Origin: Candidatus Babeliales bacterium
GTDB taxonomy: Bacteria; Babelota; Babeliae; Babelales; JANWKD01
NCBI GenBank assembly: GCA_963762115.1
Contig: CAVXJH010000003.1
Coordinates: 416,001-480,000, forward strand
Length of the DNA: 64,000 nucleotides
Direction of reading: 5' to 3'
Made by a program: the position numbers and the translations under genes. Numbering within the stretch: the first letter of the stretch is position 1; each line of letters starts with the position of its first letter. Positions 62,725-64,000 of the stretch are shown here, piece after piece. The notes beneath the pieces were generated by a model that did no database searches, was not told the origin of the DNA, and saw nothing but the letters and a program-made list of their open reading frames with translations.

Positions 62725-64000
62725 TTAAAAATACACTTCTGCGCCTAAATACCATGCTGATTGATTTGGAGCATTAGTTCCTGCTATAGCATGATTAAAG
62801 CCGCCAAAAAAGCTGCCATGAACATGCTTGATAGAACAATTCACCTTTGATAGTATGCGCAATTTGCTTGGTGTTTGCTTGCAACACTGATGCATCCAAT
62901 GCCACACCGGTATTACCCAATACATCAACGCCTGTTGTTTGTGCTAAGCTGATTTTATCATGACGTTTATAATATGGTTGGTAACCAACATCAACTCCTA
63001 ATTCAGGACAAATGCAAGGAACCATGAAGGTTATATCAACATCACCGACAAAATATTGCCATGAAACTTTAGCATCAATAATGCGTCCAATATTCTTAAC
63101 GGTTGCTCCTGAAACTGGTGTTGCAACTTTTTCTTTTCTGTTAAGCGCCCAATTATAGAATCCGTCGATTTTGATTGCCATCCAATCAAATGGTTTCCAA
63201 CCAAGGAATCCACCGATTTTAACTTCAAAGTGCTTATTATTGCCTCTATTTGCTAACAAGAGTAAATTTGGCTCTGTTGTACGTTTTGCAGTTGGGAATG
63301 ATGCGCCAATGATACCTTCAGCAAACCAGTCGCCCCAACATCCACAGAAGTCACGATGAACATATGTTTCTAACAAGAAATCACCAGGACCTGAGGTACG
63401 TTGTGTTTGAAAGCTGATTCCTGAAACTGTTGAAAGTAAATTTACTGCTGAAGTATTTATTCCTGCAATAAGTGAATTAAATTGTGCCTGAATAGTACGC
63501 GCAGGAGCTAAAATATCTGCCGCACCATCATTACCACCAACAGTTGGCACAACCCACAATGTTGCTTGTGTCGCAGGGCTTGTTGCTAAACCACCTGTTT
63601 GATAATTAACACCAGATTGAAATACGGCTCTGTTATCAGCAGCAAATCCAGTCGTTCCATTTGTAGATAAAAAATTAAGATCTTGCACTAAAGCTGGTGG
63701 CGTTGTTCCAGTAACTGATGTATTATCGTTTCCAGTCGTACAAACAGGAGTAGGACCAGCTGGCAATATACCTTGACGTAAACTAAATGGTGAAGATGGT
63801 ATTGATCCAACAGGAACTTTTATTACGTTTACTGGAGGAGGTCTAAGTGTGGAGCCCTGATTAGTTGCATCTACAGTACCAATTGTAATGTCACCAGGAA
63901 TTGGCGCCGCAGGATTAGCATAATTAACAAAAGGCAAACTAGAATTAGTTGCAAGTGGCAATGCTGACAAAAAGTCTAAGCGATACGCAAATGCATTCAA
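62725..64000 (-). CDS. Paralogous beta-barrel protein, 5' end outside window, one extra base in T6 run (62806..62811)
   Basis: Near-identical C-terminal half to 60297..62129; shifted frame gives GGFNHAIAGTNAPNQSAWYLGAEVYF*. Confidence 0.8.

Overview
AT-rich bacterial chromosome segment. The gene content (many orphan signal-peptide proteins with eukaryote-like domains among housekeeping genes) suggests an intracellular parasite of protists, most likely Dependentiae/Babeliae (TM6); this is inference, not a database match. Recognisable genes: glmS, rpsI, DksA/TraR-family, tadA, gyrB, tilS, mpg, dnaJ, FKBP, a fragmented sufC/B/D set, a split PilB/GspE ATPase, HU, 3 tRNAs, an MNT-HEPN pair, two lepB, an M23 peptidase, batA-E, plsC, topA, metG and two paralogous beta-barrel proteins. 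An intact IS4/IS50-type element (19-bp TIRs, 10-bp TSD) sits inside a non-coding cassette bounded by ~70-bp inverted repeats whose hairpins show compensatory changes. Main lead: 13 mostly unrelated secreted proteins whose signal peptide is predicted to be cut directly before a Met (mostly Met-Glu). Several carry host-directed eukaryotic motifs: CaaX prenylation boxes, tandem ubiquitin-interacting motifs, BC-box+WD40 and Skp1/BTB-like+LRR. Together they form a candidate effector system targeting host ubiquitination and prenylation. Three genes have single-base frameshifts in homopolymers (recoding, phase variation or assembly error). All motif calls are by eye.
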